Assembly: GCA_963665235.2 (NCBI GenBank)
Contig: CAXXLX010000001.1
Location: 1,632,001 to 1,696,000, forward strand
From: Candidatus Poribacteria bacterium
GTDB taxonomy: Bacteria; Poribacteria; WGA-4E; WGA-3G
Reading direction: 5' to 3'
Length of the DNA stretch: 64,000 nt
The translations under genes and the position numbers were made by a program. Each line of letters begins with the position of its first letter. The first letter of the stretch is position 1. This document shows positions 9,961-20,502 of this stretch, piece after piece. The notes under the pieces are model-generated. The model did not search any database. It was not told where the DNA came from and saw nothing but the letters and a program-made list of their open reading frames with translations.

Positions 9961-11118
9961 ATGGCAAATCAGAACTGTCCAACCCTTACAGTCAATGCAG
10001 GCTTCCACAATCGGGAGGCGTGCCCTATTACTGTTAACGTCGACCATCCCGATGTCAGTCAATTTGTCGGGCGAGATGTCGTTTTAACAGATTCAGAGAG
10101 TGGCGATGTGATATCAGCACAATGCTACGTCGGCGACGACGGTACGTCTACCACCCTTGCATGGGTGCTTGATAGTCTTACCGCCGGGGACTCGCGTACC
10201 TATACGCTCTCTGAGGGAACTATTGCCGATGAAGCCGGGGTTGAATTACATGAGCATGCGGAAACAATTGATGTCACGCTCAACGGGCGACCGTTTACGA
10301 CGTTCCGCTACGGTAAAGCACAGTTTCGTCCCTATTTTTACCCAGTGCTCGGGCCGAATGGATGCCAAGTGACCCGCGGCGAAACAAGCGACATTTCAAA
10401 AGACCACGTGCATCACCGCTCCCTCTATGTCGCTTATGGTGAAGTCAACGATATTGACCTCTGGGGTGAAGGGAAAAATTCCGGAAGAGTTGTGCATCAA
10501 GCTTTCACACAAAAACATGGTGGAGCAAGTGTCGGTAGAATTTACACCGAAAACACCTGGGAAACACAAGCAGGTGAGGTGATAATGGCGGACAAGCAGA
10601 ATTTCCGTATTTATAATCTTGCCGAAGATGCTGCAATTCTCGACCTAGATTTAAGTTTCATCGCTTCCGACGGTGATGTCCATTTTGGAGACACTAAAGA
10701 GGGGGGGCTCATGTCTATTCGGGTGCATCCCTCAATGAACGCTTCGGATGGCGGGAAGATTGAAAACGCTTTCGGCGGTATAAACGAAGGCGAAACCTGG
10801 GGAAAACGCGCCAATTGGTGCGATTATTCCGGTGTCGTTGATGGCACCCCGGTTGGACTCGCGGTCTTCGACCATATTGTTAATCCGCGCTACCCGACCT
10901 ACTGGCACGTTCGCAACTACGGGTTAATGGGAACTAACATTTTTGGAAGCGGCACCTTTGAACGGGACACATCTAAAGATGGCTCCTATACACTCAAACA
11001 GGGGCAATCGATGCACTTCCGGTTCCGCGTACTTGTTCATGCTGGCGATGCAACCGTTGGCAAAGTAGCACAGAAATATCACGATTTCATCAACCCACCT
11101 GCGGTTGAGATTTCCTGA
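9961..11118 (+). CDS. DUF6807 / 'PmoA-like' family protein
   Basis: RPYFYPV, DHVHHRSL, FGDTKEGG, WHVRNYGL motifs. Confidence 0.7.
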   Translation: MANQNCPTLTVNAGFHNREACPITVNVDHPDVSQFVGRDVVLTDSESGDVISAQCYVGDDGTSTTLAWVLDSLTAGDSRTYTLSEGTIADEAGVELHEHAETIDVTLNGRPFTTFRYGKAQFRPYFYPVLGPNGCQVTRGETSDISKDHVHHRSLYVAYGEVNDIDLWGEGKNSGRVVHQAFTQKHGGASVGRIYTENTWETQAGEVIMADKQNFRIYNLAEDAAILDLDLSFIASDGDVHFGDTKEGGLMSIRVHPSMNASDGGKIENAFGGINEGETWGKRANWCDYSGVVDGTPVGLAVFDHIVNPRYPTYWHVRNYGLMGTNIFGSGTFERDTSKDGSYTLKQGQSMHFRFRVLVHAGDATVGKVAQKYHDFINPPAVEIS

Positions 11119-11191
11119 AGACAGAACAGGGGCCCACCTCACGGGGGTCCACTTTTTCTACAATGAGTTTATGTGAAGGAGAATTTCTAAT

Positions 11192-12259
11192 ATGCCTGTT
11201 CGTACTATTCATGTGGGATGTACCCATTTTGCACACGGCCGCCTACAAGCACAAGTCAACACACATGGACTTGAACCTGTGGCGTGTGTAGACATCAATC
11301 TTGAAAGCGCAAAGAATGGCGTTGAATCGATAAATGGTGCCCCTGAAGGTTTGTCAGAGCGCATCTATACAACCATAACCGAAGCTAAAGAGAAACACGA
11401 CGCTGAGGCGTGTCTTATCTATGCCTCAACAACAGCACACGCCGAGCTCATCGTTGAAAGCCTGAATCTCGGCATGCATACGCTCTGTGTCAAACCCATT
11501 GCAACGACACAAGCGGAATTCCACGACATTATCCAAGCACACAAGGCGAACCCTGGAACAATCCTAGTGCAAGGACAAAACAAGCGATGGAATCCAGCAG
11601 CTGCGAAAATGCGCGAATGGCTCCGGGAGGAAGATGGCATCGGTGAAATGTTAGGCGGCGAATGCCGATTCTGGATACGCCAAAATTTGCATACCGGCCC
11701 CAATTCCCGACAACCCGACGCTTACGTTGATGGGCTCTATTTTCATGCAGGATGCAGCCATCAACTCGACCAGCTTGTGGCCGCGAAAGGACTGCCAAAG
11801 TATGTTACGGCACAAGTTCACAACCGTCGTGACCCAGCACTCGGACAAATAGAAGCCTGGGGCACAGCAGGTGGAAACGCCTTGATGGAATATGCCAACG
11901 GCGCACCCTTCACCTACGCTGGCACTCGCGCAGGCCACATGGGTGCCTACGGATGGAGCGGCAGCTGGACATTCCACGGCGAAGAGGGTGACCTACGCAG
12001 AGACGGGGGACACTTGCAACTTTTCCGAACAGGACAAAATATCGAAGACTTGTCACTGCAAGACCTCCACGGGGGACTGATTGAAGACGACAGGCTCCAG
12101 TTTGACGCATTCGCCGAAGCCATTACCACCGGTAAAGACCGGGACTGGATTCAGGATAGCACGCTCGGAACATGGATATTGATGGAAGCGTGTAACGAGT
12201 CTGCCCGAACACACGAACGCGTTGATATGGAAGCATTTGCTAAGAAGATGCTCGCTTGA
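11192..12259 (+). CDS. Gfo/Idh/MocA oxidoreductase (divergent)
   Basis: Rossmann-like start, HTLCVKP, QGQNKRW. Confidence 0.75.
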   Translation: MPVRTIHVGCTHFAHGRLQAQVNTHGLEPVACVDINLESAKNGVESINGAPEGLSERIYTTITEAKEKHDAEACLIYASTTAHAELIVESLNLGMHTLCVKPIATTQAEFHDIIQAHKANPGTILVQGQNKRWNPAAAKMREWLREEDGIGEMLGGECRFWIRQNLHTGPNSRQPDAYVDGLYFHAGCSHQLDQLVAAKGLPKYVTAQVHNRRDPALGQIEAWGTAGGNALMEYANGAPFTYAGTRAGHMGAYGWSGSWTFHGEEGDLRRDGGHLQLFRTGQNIEDLSLQDLHGGLIEDDRLQFDAFAEAITTGKDRDWIQDSTLGTWILMEACNESARTHERVDMEAFAKKMLA

Positions 12260-12302
12260 ATCCTATATAACCAATCACAAGAATTAATAAGGGAGGCTTC
12301 AG

Positions 12303-13931
12303 ATGCAATCCCCACACGGTTCAGCGTTTCGTCCCTCTGTGATGGGTAGAAACGGCATGGTTACATCAGGCCACGTGCTTGCCTCACAAGCGGGCATACA
12401 GACAATGATGGCAGGCGGCAACGCTGTTGATGCTGCAATTGCCACCGCCGCTGCCCTAGGGGTTGTTGAACCCGCGGGCTCCGGTGTCGGCGGCGATGGC
12501 TTTATCCTCATCTATTGGGCAGAAACAGGACAGGTCGCCGCTGTGAATGCAACGGGACCGGCACCGCATGCCGCAACCCGCGATACCTATCTCAAAAATG
12601 GCGGTATTCCCATGAAAGGCATGCGGAGTGTTTCTGTGCCCGGACTCGTTGATGGCTGGCTCCTCGCCCATGAACGTTACGGCGTGCTCAAGTTAGAAGA
12701 CGTTTTTGCCCCTGCAATTTCGCTTTGTGAAGATGGGTTTCCCGTAAGTCATAGACTTGCTGGCGGTCTCAGAGGTGAGAATGCACGCTTCGCCGCTGAA
12801 CCGGACAGTCGTGCTGTTTTTACAAACGATGGCGAACCGATTGCTGCAGGTCAACTCCTTGCAAATCCGAACCTCGGCACAACCCTCCGCAAAATCGCTA
12901 AAGATGGTAGAGAGACATTCTACGAAGGCGACATTGCCAAAACTATCGCAGAATTCAGCCATGCCTACGATGGACTCTTAACGGCTGAAGACCTCGCTAA
13001 CTTTCATGCCCACTGGGACGACCCGATACACGTCAACTACCGTGGATACGAAGTCTATGAGATGCCTCCCAATTCAAGCGGACATATTCTATTGCAAGAA
13101 CTGAACATCGTTGAGCTGTTTGACTTGCCAGCCTTGGGATGCAACACCACAGAAAGTGTGCATCTGATGGTTGAAGCGAAAAAACTCGCCTTCGCCGACA
13201 GGGAAAAATATATGGCAGACCCGAATTGGGTGGATGTTCCCATTGAAGGTATGTTATCTAAATCCTACGCCGCCGAACAGGCGAAACGCATCGATTTAGA
13301 AAACGCCGCGGTTGATGTTCCCGCAGGTGGACCAGAAGCACACGAAGATACAACCTGTTTCTGCACCGCTGACCGCGCAGGAAATCTGGTTTGTGTGCTA
13401 CAGAGCATTCAATCCGGTTTCGGCTCCAGCTTGATTGCAGGCGACACGGGCATTCTGCTAAACAACCGAATGACCTATTGGCACCTGGAGGAAGACCATC
13501 CCAACTGCTTAATGCCGGGCAAACGTGTCCGCCACACGATGAATCCTGTCATCGTCACAAAAGATGGAAAACCTCTGTTAGCATGCGGAACACCGGGGGC
13601 TGATACGCAGGTGCAGACCAATCTACAATTGGTGACACATGTCCTTGACTTCGGGATGACCCCACAAGAGGCGGTATCTGCTCCGCGCTGGCGCAGTTTA
13701 CAGAACCCGATGGAGTCTACTATACCACACACATGTTCCAATCACCTTCAATTGGAGACACGATTTTCTTCAGAAACCAAAGATGGATTAGCGGAAAGAG
13801 GTCATGAACTCCAAATCGTCGGGGATTGGGGCGGTCCGGGGAGTGCCCAGATGATAAAGGTGCATCCTGAATCGGGCGCGCTTATCGGCGGGTCCGATCC
13901 GAGGACTGATGGGTACGCGGTTGCTTTTTAA
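12303..13931 (+). CDS. ggt: Gamma-glutamyltransferase family protein
   Basis: GGNAVDAAIA, PPNSSG, EDTT autoprocessing site, GSDPRTDG. Confidence 0.92.
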   Translation: MQSPHGSAFRPSVMGRNGMVTSGHVLASQAGIQTMMAGGNAVDAAIATAAALGVVEPAGSGVGGDGFILIYWAETGQVAAVNATGPAPHAATRDTYLKNGGIPMKGMRSVSVPGLVDGWLLAHERYGVLKLEDVFAPAISLCEDGFPVSHRLAGGLRGENARFAAEPDSRAVFTNDGEPIAAGQLLANPNLGTTLRKIAKDGRETFYEGDIAKTIAEFSHAYDGLLTAEDLANFHAHWDDPIHVNYRGYEVYEMPPNSSGHILLQELNIVELFDLPALGCNTTESVHLMVEAKKLAFADREKYMADPNWVDVPIEGMLSKSYAAEQAKRIDLENAAVDVPAGGPEAHEDTTCFCTADRAGNLVCVLQSIQSGFGSSLIAGDTGILLNNRMTYWHLEEDHPNCLMPGKRVRHTMNPVIVTKDGKPLLACGTPGADTQVQTNLQLVTHVLDFGMTPQEAVSAPRWRSLQNPMESTIPHTCSNHLQLETRFSSETKDGLAERGHELQIVGDWGGPGSAQMIKVHPESGALIGGSDPRTDGYAVAF

Positions 13932-13994
13932 AAATATGGTAATTGTAAACGGCGCGCGGAGCGTGCCTACTACTTTGAACGGAGAGGCACGTAC

Positions 13995-15047
13995 ATGAAA
14001 ATTTTAGTCACAGGCGGCACCGGCCGCATCGGCTCGAATTTAGTCAAAAAATTGTTGGAAAAGGAACACGATATCCGGTGTTTTACCTATCCCGGCGATG
14101 CAAATCGTGTTGACAGGTGGAAAGGTAACGACAAAGTTGAGACCCGCCTCGGCGATCTGCGCGAATACGAGGATGTCAAAAAAGCCGTTGAAGGTGTAGA
14201 CGCTATCTATCATATCGCTGCTGCCTTCGGGGGGCCGTTTAACAACCGCGATTATTTGGCTATCAACGGAATGGGCACGCTCAACATTTTGGAATGTGTC
14301 CGCGAATTCAACCCGAACATTCATCGCCTCGTTTATGCGTGTACCGAAGCAATCTATTGGCAATTGACCGAAAAAGGTAGACTTTTCAACGAACCGATTA
14401 CTGAGGACATGGTCGCCAAATACCATCACATGCCCTATTTCCTCACGAAGTGGATTGGTGAAGAGCTCTGTATGGCGTATCATCATCAATACAGCGTGCC
14501 CTCCACAGTGTTTCGGTTTACGACTGTCATTGAACCGAGTGAATTTCTCAATGATGATGGGCTGCCCAAACAATTCGTCTTTAGTCCTATCTATAACCGA
14601 TACAAAAACTATAAAGGCAACGACCCTGCCGAATTAGAGACAGCAGAAGCTGTCAAAAAGGCTTGGAACGGCGAAGAAAAATTCGTCCTGAAACGGAATC
14701 CCGATGGCCGTCCCTATAAGGAACATTTTACCGATATCCGGGATATAGTCCAAGGATTAGTTCTAGGAATTGAGAAGGATGCGGCTGTCGGTCAAGAATT
14801 TACACTTGGTGGAAACGGGATTTTTAATTTTCAGGAAGTAATTCCTTATCTGTGTGAACGGTACAAAATGGATTACGCGGATATTAAACTCACGAACCCC
14901 AACTATTTTGAGTTTGACCTGACCAAAATCAAAACCCTGCTCGATTATGAACCGCAACACGACTTGGCAGGCATTCTTGATGCCGCAGAAGCGATGCGCC
15001 GGGGTGAAGATGTCGGTATCATTCCGACAGGTGTCCGATGGGGTTAA
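13995..15047 (+). CDS. NAD-dependent epimerase/dehydratase
   Basis: ILVTGGTGRIG, YFLTK (YxxxK). Confidence 0.88.
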   Translation: MKILVTGGTGRIGSNLVKKLLEKEHDIRCFTYPGDANRVDRWKGNDKVETRLGDLREYEDVKKAVEGVDAIYHIAAAFGGPFNNRDYLAINGMGTLNILECVREFNPNIHRLVYACTEAIYWQLTEKGRLFNEPITEDMVAKYHHMPYFLTKWIGEELCMAYHHQYSVPSTVFRFTTVIEPSEFLNDDGLPKQFVFSPIYNRYKNYKGNDPAELETAEAVKKAWNGEEKFVLKRNPDGRPYKEHFTDIRDIVQGLVLGIEKDAAVGQEFTLGGNGIFNFQEVIPYLCERYKMDYADIKLTNPNYFEFDLTKIKTLLDYEPQHDLAGILDAAEAMRRGEDVGIIPTGVRWG

Positions 15048-15236
15048 TCAATTTTTTGAACAATTCACTTTTTTTCCTTGACATACTAAAAATCGTTAAG
15101 TTAAACTTAAAGTATCCAGAATATCAACCTATCACTATATTGGACTAGACGTAAGATTTCAGAAAAGTTTAGCAAAAAGGAGCAGGTTTCTCTCCCCTGC
15201 CTTGAGATAAGGGTGGAAAGCCTGAAGAACATAAAA

Positions 15237-16865
15237 ATGAAAAAAATAATATCCGGGATACCTCGCTACGCTTGGCTTACCCTATTCGCGTTCGCGTTTT
15301 TGACGTTGAATTGCACCCCCAAAACCATGTCGCCTACGATGTGGCAAGTCTCCTCAAGTACGAAACACCTCGACCGGCACATTGATGCTGTGCTCAAAAA
15401 AGAGGGAATTGAACCCTCTAAACAGTCAAAAGATGCCGAATTTTTACGCCGTATCCATCTGGATATGACCGGCAAAATTCCAACCTCCGCTGAAGTGCTG
15501 GATTTTATCAATGACGGTTCTTCAAACAAACGTTCCAAAAAAATCGACGAACTTATCAGAAGCAAAGAAGCTGTTGATTACTGGACACTGTTATGGGTGA
15601 ATTGGTTAATCGGCAGACGCGACGATGGCGATGACCGCCGCATCGGGTTAACAGGCTGGGTGCACGAGGCACTTGGAACCAATATGCCGTATAACCAGTT
15701 TGTCAAAGAACTTGTTGCTGCGGATGGTGAATTACAAGACAACGCCGCGGGCAACTACGTCCTGCGTTATGAACGTTCACCTGTCTTTTTAACCTCTCAT
15801 ACCTCTCGTCTCTTCCTCGGGCTTCCGATGCAGTGCGCTGAATGCCACGACCATAAAACCGAAGAATGGTTACAGGAAGATTTCTATGGTGTAGCTGCCT
15901 TCTTCGCAGGTATCGAAAGCGAGGAGAAGGGCTACCTCAAAACTACGGATATGGATGGTACTGTGATAGAGACCGAAATGGAAAATTACCTTATCACAAA
16001 TTCCGCAAAACAGAATAGGATGCTTTATGTCGAAAGCATGAAGGAATCGGTGCCGCCGCGTTTCCTAGATGGAACCGAATATAAAGGTGAGCTCACCAAA
16101 AAACGTAAAGCCCTCGCCGAATGGATGACCGCTAAAACGAACCCTTACTTTAGCAAGGCAATCGTAAATCGCATCTGGAAACACTTTATGGGACGCGCAT
16201 TTGTCGAACCGATTGATGGATTCGGAACGGAGAGCCCACCGACCAACCCCGCCCTGTTGAATTGGTTGGCTGAAGACTTCGTCATTCACGGATACGACTT
16301 GCAATACCTGATGCGGACCATTCTCAATTCCAAGGCGTACCAGCGGACCTCAGAGACAAATAAGAGCAACAAGGACGATGACATCTATTATTCACACGCC
16401 TATGTGAAACCCCTAAGTGCTGAGCAGTTCTTCTATTCTATGCTTCAAGCCACCGGGTTCGAGCGGTTCCAAAAATTGCGAGACCGTGGACAACTTGAGA
16501 GTATGAAACAGGAACACCTGAGAAAGTTCCTCTTTCTGCTTGATAACGGTGAGATGGAAGAAATTGAGGCGTTCAACGGAACTGTCCCTCAGGCACTTAT
16601 GATGATTAACGGCGACTTGGTTAACAATAGTGCCAATCACGCGCAACACGGAAGTTTTATTAACTTCGTTCTTGGAAAATGGCGTGACCCGATGGAACGG
16701 TTAGAGTATATCTATCTCACTGTCCTGTCGCGCAAACCGACTAATAAAGAGAGAACCTATTTCCAACGTTACCTTGAGCGGAGCCTCTATCGCGACAAGA
16801 AACTGGCTTACGAAGATATGTATTGGGTTTTGCTCAATTCAGCTGAGTTTTCACTAAACCACTAA
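15237..16865 (+). CDS. DUF1549/DUF1553 planctomycete-type cytochrome-like protein
   Basis: FLRRIHLDMTGKIP, QCAECHDH (CxxCH), VNRIWKHFMGR, LNSAEF. Confidence 0.88.
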   Translation: MKKIISGIPRYAWLTLFAFAFLTLNCTPKTMSPTMWQVSSSTKHLDRHIDAVLKKEGIEPSKQSKDAEFLRRIHLDMTGKIPTSAEVLDFINDGSSNKRSKKIDELIRSKEAVDYWTLLWVNWLIGRRDDGDDRRIGLTGWVHEALGTNMPYNQFVKELVAADGELQDNAAGNYVLRYERSPVFLTSHTSRLFLGLPMQCAECHDHKTEEWLQEDFYGVAAFFAGIESEEKGYLKTTDMDGTVIETEMENYLITNSAKQNRMLYVESMKESVPPRFLDGTEYKGELTKKRKALAEWMTAKTNPYFSKAIVNRIWKHFMGRAFVEPIDGFGTESPPTNPALLNWLAEDFVIHGYDLQYLMRTILNSKAYQRTSETNKSNKDDDIYYSHAYVKPLSAEQFFYSMLQATGFERFQKLRDRGQLESMKQEHLRKFLFLLDNGEMEEIEAFNGTVPQALMMINGDLVNNSANHAQHGSFINFVLGKWRDPMERLEYIYLTVLSRKPTNKERTYFQRYLERSLYRDKKLAYEDMYWVLLNSAEFSLNH

Positions 16866-16925
16866 AACTGAAAAGACGGTTCGCCCTAGCAGCGAACCGT
16901 CTCGAAAATAAAGGGGTATTGTCAA

Positions 16926-17651
16926 ATGAAAAGGTACGGGACGTTTATTCTCTTGTGTTGTTTCACCTTCGGCATGGCAACGGTTGCCATGTCACAAATC
17001 TACTTTGAGGATAACTTCGACAACGTAAATCAATCGAAAAAGAAGTGGGCCCCCTTGTGGGGGGACTGGGAATTCAAAGATAAGGAATACCATCAACTCT
17101 CAAATGATACCAATTGCATGAGTATTGTTACCGATGATTATTGGGATGAAGAGTGGAATGATTACACCTACGAGGTGAGCGGTAATAAAATCGGTGGTGC
17201 CGAAGGTTTCCTGATTATGTTCAGATGCCAAGGTACGATGGGAGGCCGTGGAAAGAATCTTGCCGCACATCCACCGCGCATGCAAAATCAACCTATGTTG
17301 CAATATTGGTGGAATCTTGGCGGTTGGAACAATTCCATTTCAAGAATGGAAGTTTGGGACAAAGGTGTACATAGGCTTGAAGCCGAAAGTAATCACATTA
17401 TTGACACGGATAAATGGTATAGCATCAAAATCGTCAATACACCCACTAGCTACACGCTCTTCATCGACGATGAGAAGGTAGAAACGGTCGACGATGATAC
17501 CAGAGACGGTGTAGGTCGCATCGGTGTCGCAGTGTGGGGCACCGCTGCAAAGTATAACGATGTGCTTGTTTACGGCCCGGACGGCCCCTTACCTGTTAAT
17601 CCGAAAGGAAAGGTCGCAACCGCTTGGGGACTTCTCAAAGCCGGTAGGTAA
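16926..17651 (+). CDS. Secreted beta-sandwich (DUF1080/LamG-like) protein with conserved C-terminal tail
   Basis: Signal peptide, YFEDNF, WYSIKI, terminal VNPKGKVATAWGLLK. Confidence 0.6.
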   Translation: MKRYGTFILLCCFTFGMATVAMSQIYFEDNFDNVNQSKKKWAPLWGDWEFKDKEYHQLSNDTNCMSIVTDDYWDEEWNDYTYEVSGNKIGGAEGFLIMFRCQGTMGGRGKNLAAHPPRMQNQPMLQYWWNLGGWNNSISRMEVWDKGVHRLEAESNHIIDTDKWYSIKIVNTPTSYTLFIDDEKVETVDDDTRDGVGRIGVAVWGTAAKYNDVLVYGPDGPLPVNPKGKVATAWGLLKAGR

Positions 17652-17673
17652 CGCTATTTTTCTATAAAAAATG

Positions 17674-17714
17674 GGAGGGAGTGCCATCGCAAGATGGTGC
17701 TCCCTCCTTTTTTT
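17674..17714 (+). terminator. Intrinsic terminator
   Basis: GGAGGGAGTGCCATC-GCAA-GATGGTGCTCCCTCC followed by T7. Confidence 0.85.
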
Positions 17715-17778
17715 GTTGTAGCAACCAATCCTGATTTTGCTTTCCATAGCGAGGAGATACGCCGAAAACGCGAGTATC

Positions 17779-19041
17779 TCAAATCCCCAACCCGTCGTCA
17801 ATTTCGCGCTGGTAGGTATTAATAGACTCATCTATCATCTTGTCCATGTGGACGATTTGGCCGGTCGCACCCGATTCAAGGATGGCGTAAGAGATAGCGA
17901 CAGAGCGAGTGCCCTGATATGCATCCACTTCAATAGGGTGGTTTCCTGCAATGGCTTCCGCGAAATCGCCGTACTCAATTGCGATAATCTTCGCATCGGT
18001 TTCAGGAAAAGGGAATTTGTATTGCCACAGCCGGTCCCCCCCGAAGAGGTCAGTGGTAACAGCGTCGAGATGAAAATCTGGGACGAGTGCTAGAAGGCTC
18101 TCATCGTTAATAGTTCCCTGGCCCTCGATATTTAGGGAGATAACCCCGCCACTCCGGTCACCTGGCAGCGTCATTGAGCCTTGTGAGCCGTGAATTTGTC
18201 GGAGCCAGCTGCCTTGTCCCCAGGCACCGTGGTCTTCAATGTACTGCCCGACGGCACCATTTTTGAATGTTAACGTTGCGTAGGCGGCGTCTTCGGCGGT
18301 AGCTTCAAATTCGGCGGGCATTTCTCGTTGCCATTTTGTATAGACACCGGCAGGATTGGAGCCGGACTCCCCAGTCACCGCAGCCGGGTTGTGCCGAATC
18401 GGTTCGTGAAGGCGGGTTTGTGCATAGACAGTCTCAACCTCCCCAAGCAGATACTCAATCATATCCGCGTAGTGAACCCCGACATCAAGCAGTACACCGC
18501 TCTGGTTTTTCTGATGTCGCCAGACAGAGATAAGCATTCGGTTTCCCCCGCCGATAGCATGGTGCATGAGAAAACGGGGGTGTCCTATGACTTCCGCGTC
18601 AAGCAGTGCTTTGGCGAGGCGATTGATTGGGTCGCGTCGATAGTTCTCAGCGACGCTTAAGATTGCATCGGAGGCATCAGCAGCGTGGCGGATGAGGTTA
18701 CATGCGCGAACGGTCAATCCCATCGGTTTTTCGACCATTGTGTGCCATCCGCGTTCAAGCGTCTCAACCGCAACGGTATGATGATAGGGGGGTGTAGTTG
18801 TTACATCTACAGCGTCGACCCCGACCGTTGCGAGTTCTTCTAGGCTTTCAACGACGGCAGGTTTTTGACCGAAACGTTCCTCGGCTTGTTCAGCGAGCGA
18901 TTCAGCGTTCGCTCGGACCGGGTCACATGCCCCGACGAGGGTAAACCGTTTCCACCCGGCTCGCTGGAGTTCAGCTAGCCCGTACATGTGCCGATGTCCC
19001 ATCCCGCCGCAGCCAACGATTGCTAATCGAATTGTATCCAT
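17779..19041 (-). CDS. Gfo/Idh/MocA oxidoreductase
   Basis: IVGCGGMG, VEKPM, LDVGVHYAD. Confidence 0.9.
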   Translation of the reverse strand: MDTIRLAIVGCGGMGHRHMYGLAELQRAGWKRFTLVGACDPVRANAESLAEQAEERFGQKPAVVESLEELATVGVDAVDVTTTPPYHHTVAVETLERGWHTMVEKPMGLTVRACNLIRHAADASDAILSVAENYRRDPINRLAKALLDAEVIGHPRFLMHHAIGGGNRMLISVWRHQKNQSGVLLDVGVHYADMIEYLLGEVETVYAQTRLHEPIRHNPAAVTGESGSNPAGVYTKWQREMPAEFEATAEDAAYATLTFKNGAVGQYIEDHGAWGQGSWLRQIHGSQGSMTLPGDRSGGVISLNIEGQGTINDESLLALVPDFHLDAVTTDLFGGDRLWQYKFPFPETDAKIIAIEYGDFAEAIAGNHPIEVDAYQGTRSVAISYAILESGATGQIVHMDKMIDESINTYQREIDDGLGI

Positions 19042-19050
19042 CTGCTGCTC

Positions 19051-20502
19051 CTAATTGTTAAGTATAATTTCTAACCGCTTCATATCAGCTTCCATTCGTG
19101 CTCTATCGTTGCTGTAAAGTCGGTAACGGGTTAGCACTTTCTTCACGTATTTTCTACCGGCACTCGTAAGGGAGCCCCCTACCCTGACCTTACCGGGCCC
19201 TATATTATAGGCACCTAATGCCAAAGTCCTATCTTTGTATTTTGCCAAAAGTTTGTTGAAGTAGGTCAATCCAGCGTTCAGATTTTTGTAAGGAGCAAAT
19301 CGTTCATCTACATCAGGATTTCGGTTTGGTTTGAGTTTATTCGTGTATCGTGGCACTTTAAGTCCGAGTTCCCTTGCAGTTCCGGGTATCATTTGCATTA
19401 AGCCCCCTGCTCCAGTCTTTGACACTGCAACCGGGTTAAAATTAGATTCAACGTAAATGATAGCTAACATGAGCTTTACATCGATGTTGTGCTGTTTAGC
19501 GATTTCGGTGCAGGTATATTTCGGCGTTTCAGGGTTTTGTTCCTTTTTCGGTGCCGGTTGATGCGGCTGTGAGATTCCAAAGAACAGCCGCTGTAAATCA
19601 AAGTGCATGCCGATTGCAAGTAGATGTTTATATTCACAATCTGCCCGATTGAGATAGGTGTAATATGCCTGTTTTCCCCACTGATTGAGGGAGAGCCCAA
19701 GGCTCCACGATTGGTAAAGGGTTTCGGTATCCAGCGAGAAATTTGACCCGATGCTTGCGGAAAGCGGACTGGCGACGATTTCTAGGCTTGTACCGAAGCT
19801 GGACGCAGTAAAATTAAAACAGGTATGACCTCGAACAGCGGGGTGGGGTATAACGGTGGCACCGAAGGCAAATTGGGGGGCAAAATTTTTCAAAACTTGC
19901 CCATTTTCATCACGAATGGTTACGCCAGTAATATCACGGTATTGCATACCAATAAGAATGTGAGGGGTGAGCTTTGAGAGTATACCTACGTCATAATTTG
20001 GGGCCCAGCGGCTGCCCGAGTAAGGGGCGCGGCTATATCCTGTGTTTACACCGAGTTGCACCGGTCCGAACTTTTTCGCATAGGAGAAAAGGGCTTGATT
20101 GTTGCCAAGTTCAAATGTGCCAATTGGATTGGCAGCATGATTTATGAGAAAACGGTCAAGTCGATTAAAATCAACGAAATTCACACCGAATGTACCAATC
20201 GGTTTGATAGGATAAGCAAAGGACAGCGCGCCTTGCGAAAAGTCATAAATTAGGTTTCCGTGCTTAAGTGCCGCGAGCCCAGCTGGATTCCAAAGCGGAC
20301 TTGTCGCATCATCTGTACTACTGATAAAGGCACCGCTCAACCCAAGTCCCCGTGTACCAATTTCGGGTCTCAGCTCACGTGCACCAACGTCATCCTGTTG
20401 ATTGCGTGAAATTGAGAAGGCGTTCTTCCCAGAAGGAAAATATGACAGAAGTAAGAGGCAGAGAATGACTATGTGAAGCCACTCTCGTTTATCGAATATC
20501 AA
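19051..20502 (-). CDS. PorV/FadL-like beta-barrel fused to SLT lytic transglycosylase
   Basis: N-terminal GTRGLGLSGAF..DDATSPLWNPAGL; C-terminal AIIYVESNFNPVAVSKTGAGGLMQ and ALGAYNIG. Confidence 0.75.
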   Translation of the reverse strand: MIFDKREWLHIVILCLLLLSYFPSGKNAFSISRNQQDDVGARELRPEIGTRGLGLSGAFISSTDDATSPLWNPAGLAALKHGNLIYDFSQGALSFAYPIKPIGTFGVNFVDFNRLDRFLINHAANPIGTFELGNNQALFSYAKKFGPVQLGVNTGYSRAPYSGSRWAPNYDVGILSKLTPHILIGMQYRDITGVTIRDENGQVLKNFAPQFAFGATVIPHPAVRGHTCFNFTASSFGTSLEIVASPLSASIGSNFSLDTETLYQSWSLGLSLNQWGKQAYYTYLNRADCEYKHLLAIGMHFDLQRLFFGISQPHQPAPKKEQNPETPKYTCTEIAKQHNIDVKLMLAIIYVESNFNPVAVSKTGAGGLMQMIPGTARELGLKVPRYTNKLKPNRNPDVDERFAPYKNLNAGLTYFNKLLAKYKDRTLALGAYNIGPGKVRVGGSLTSAGRKYVKKVLTRYRLYSNDRARMEADMKRLEIILNN

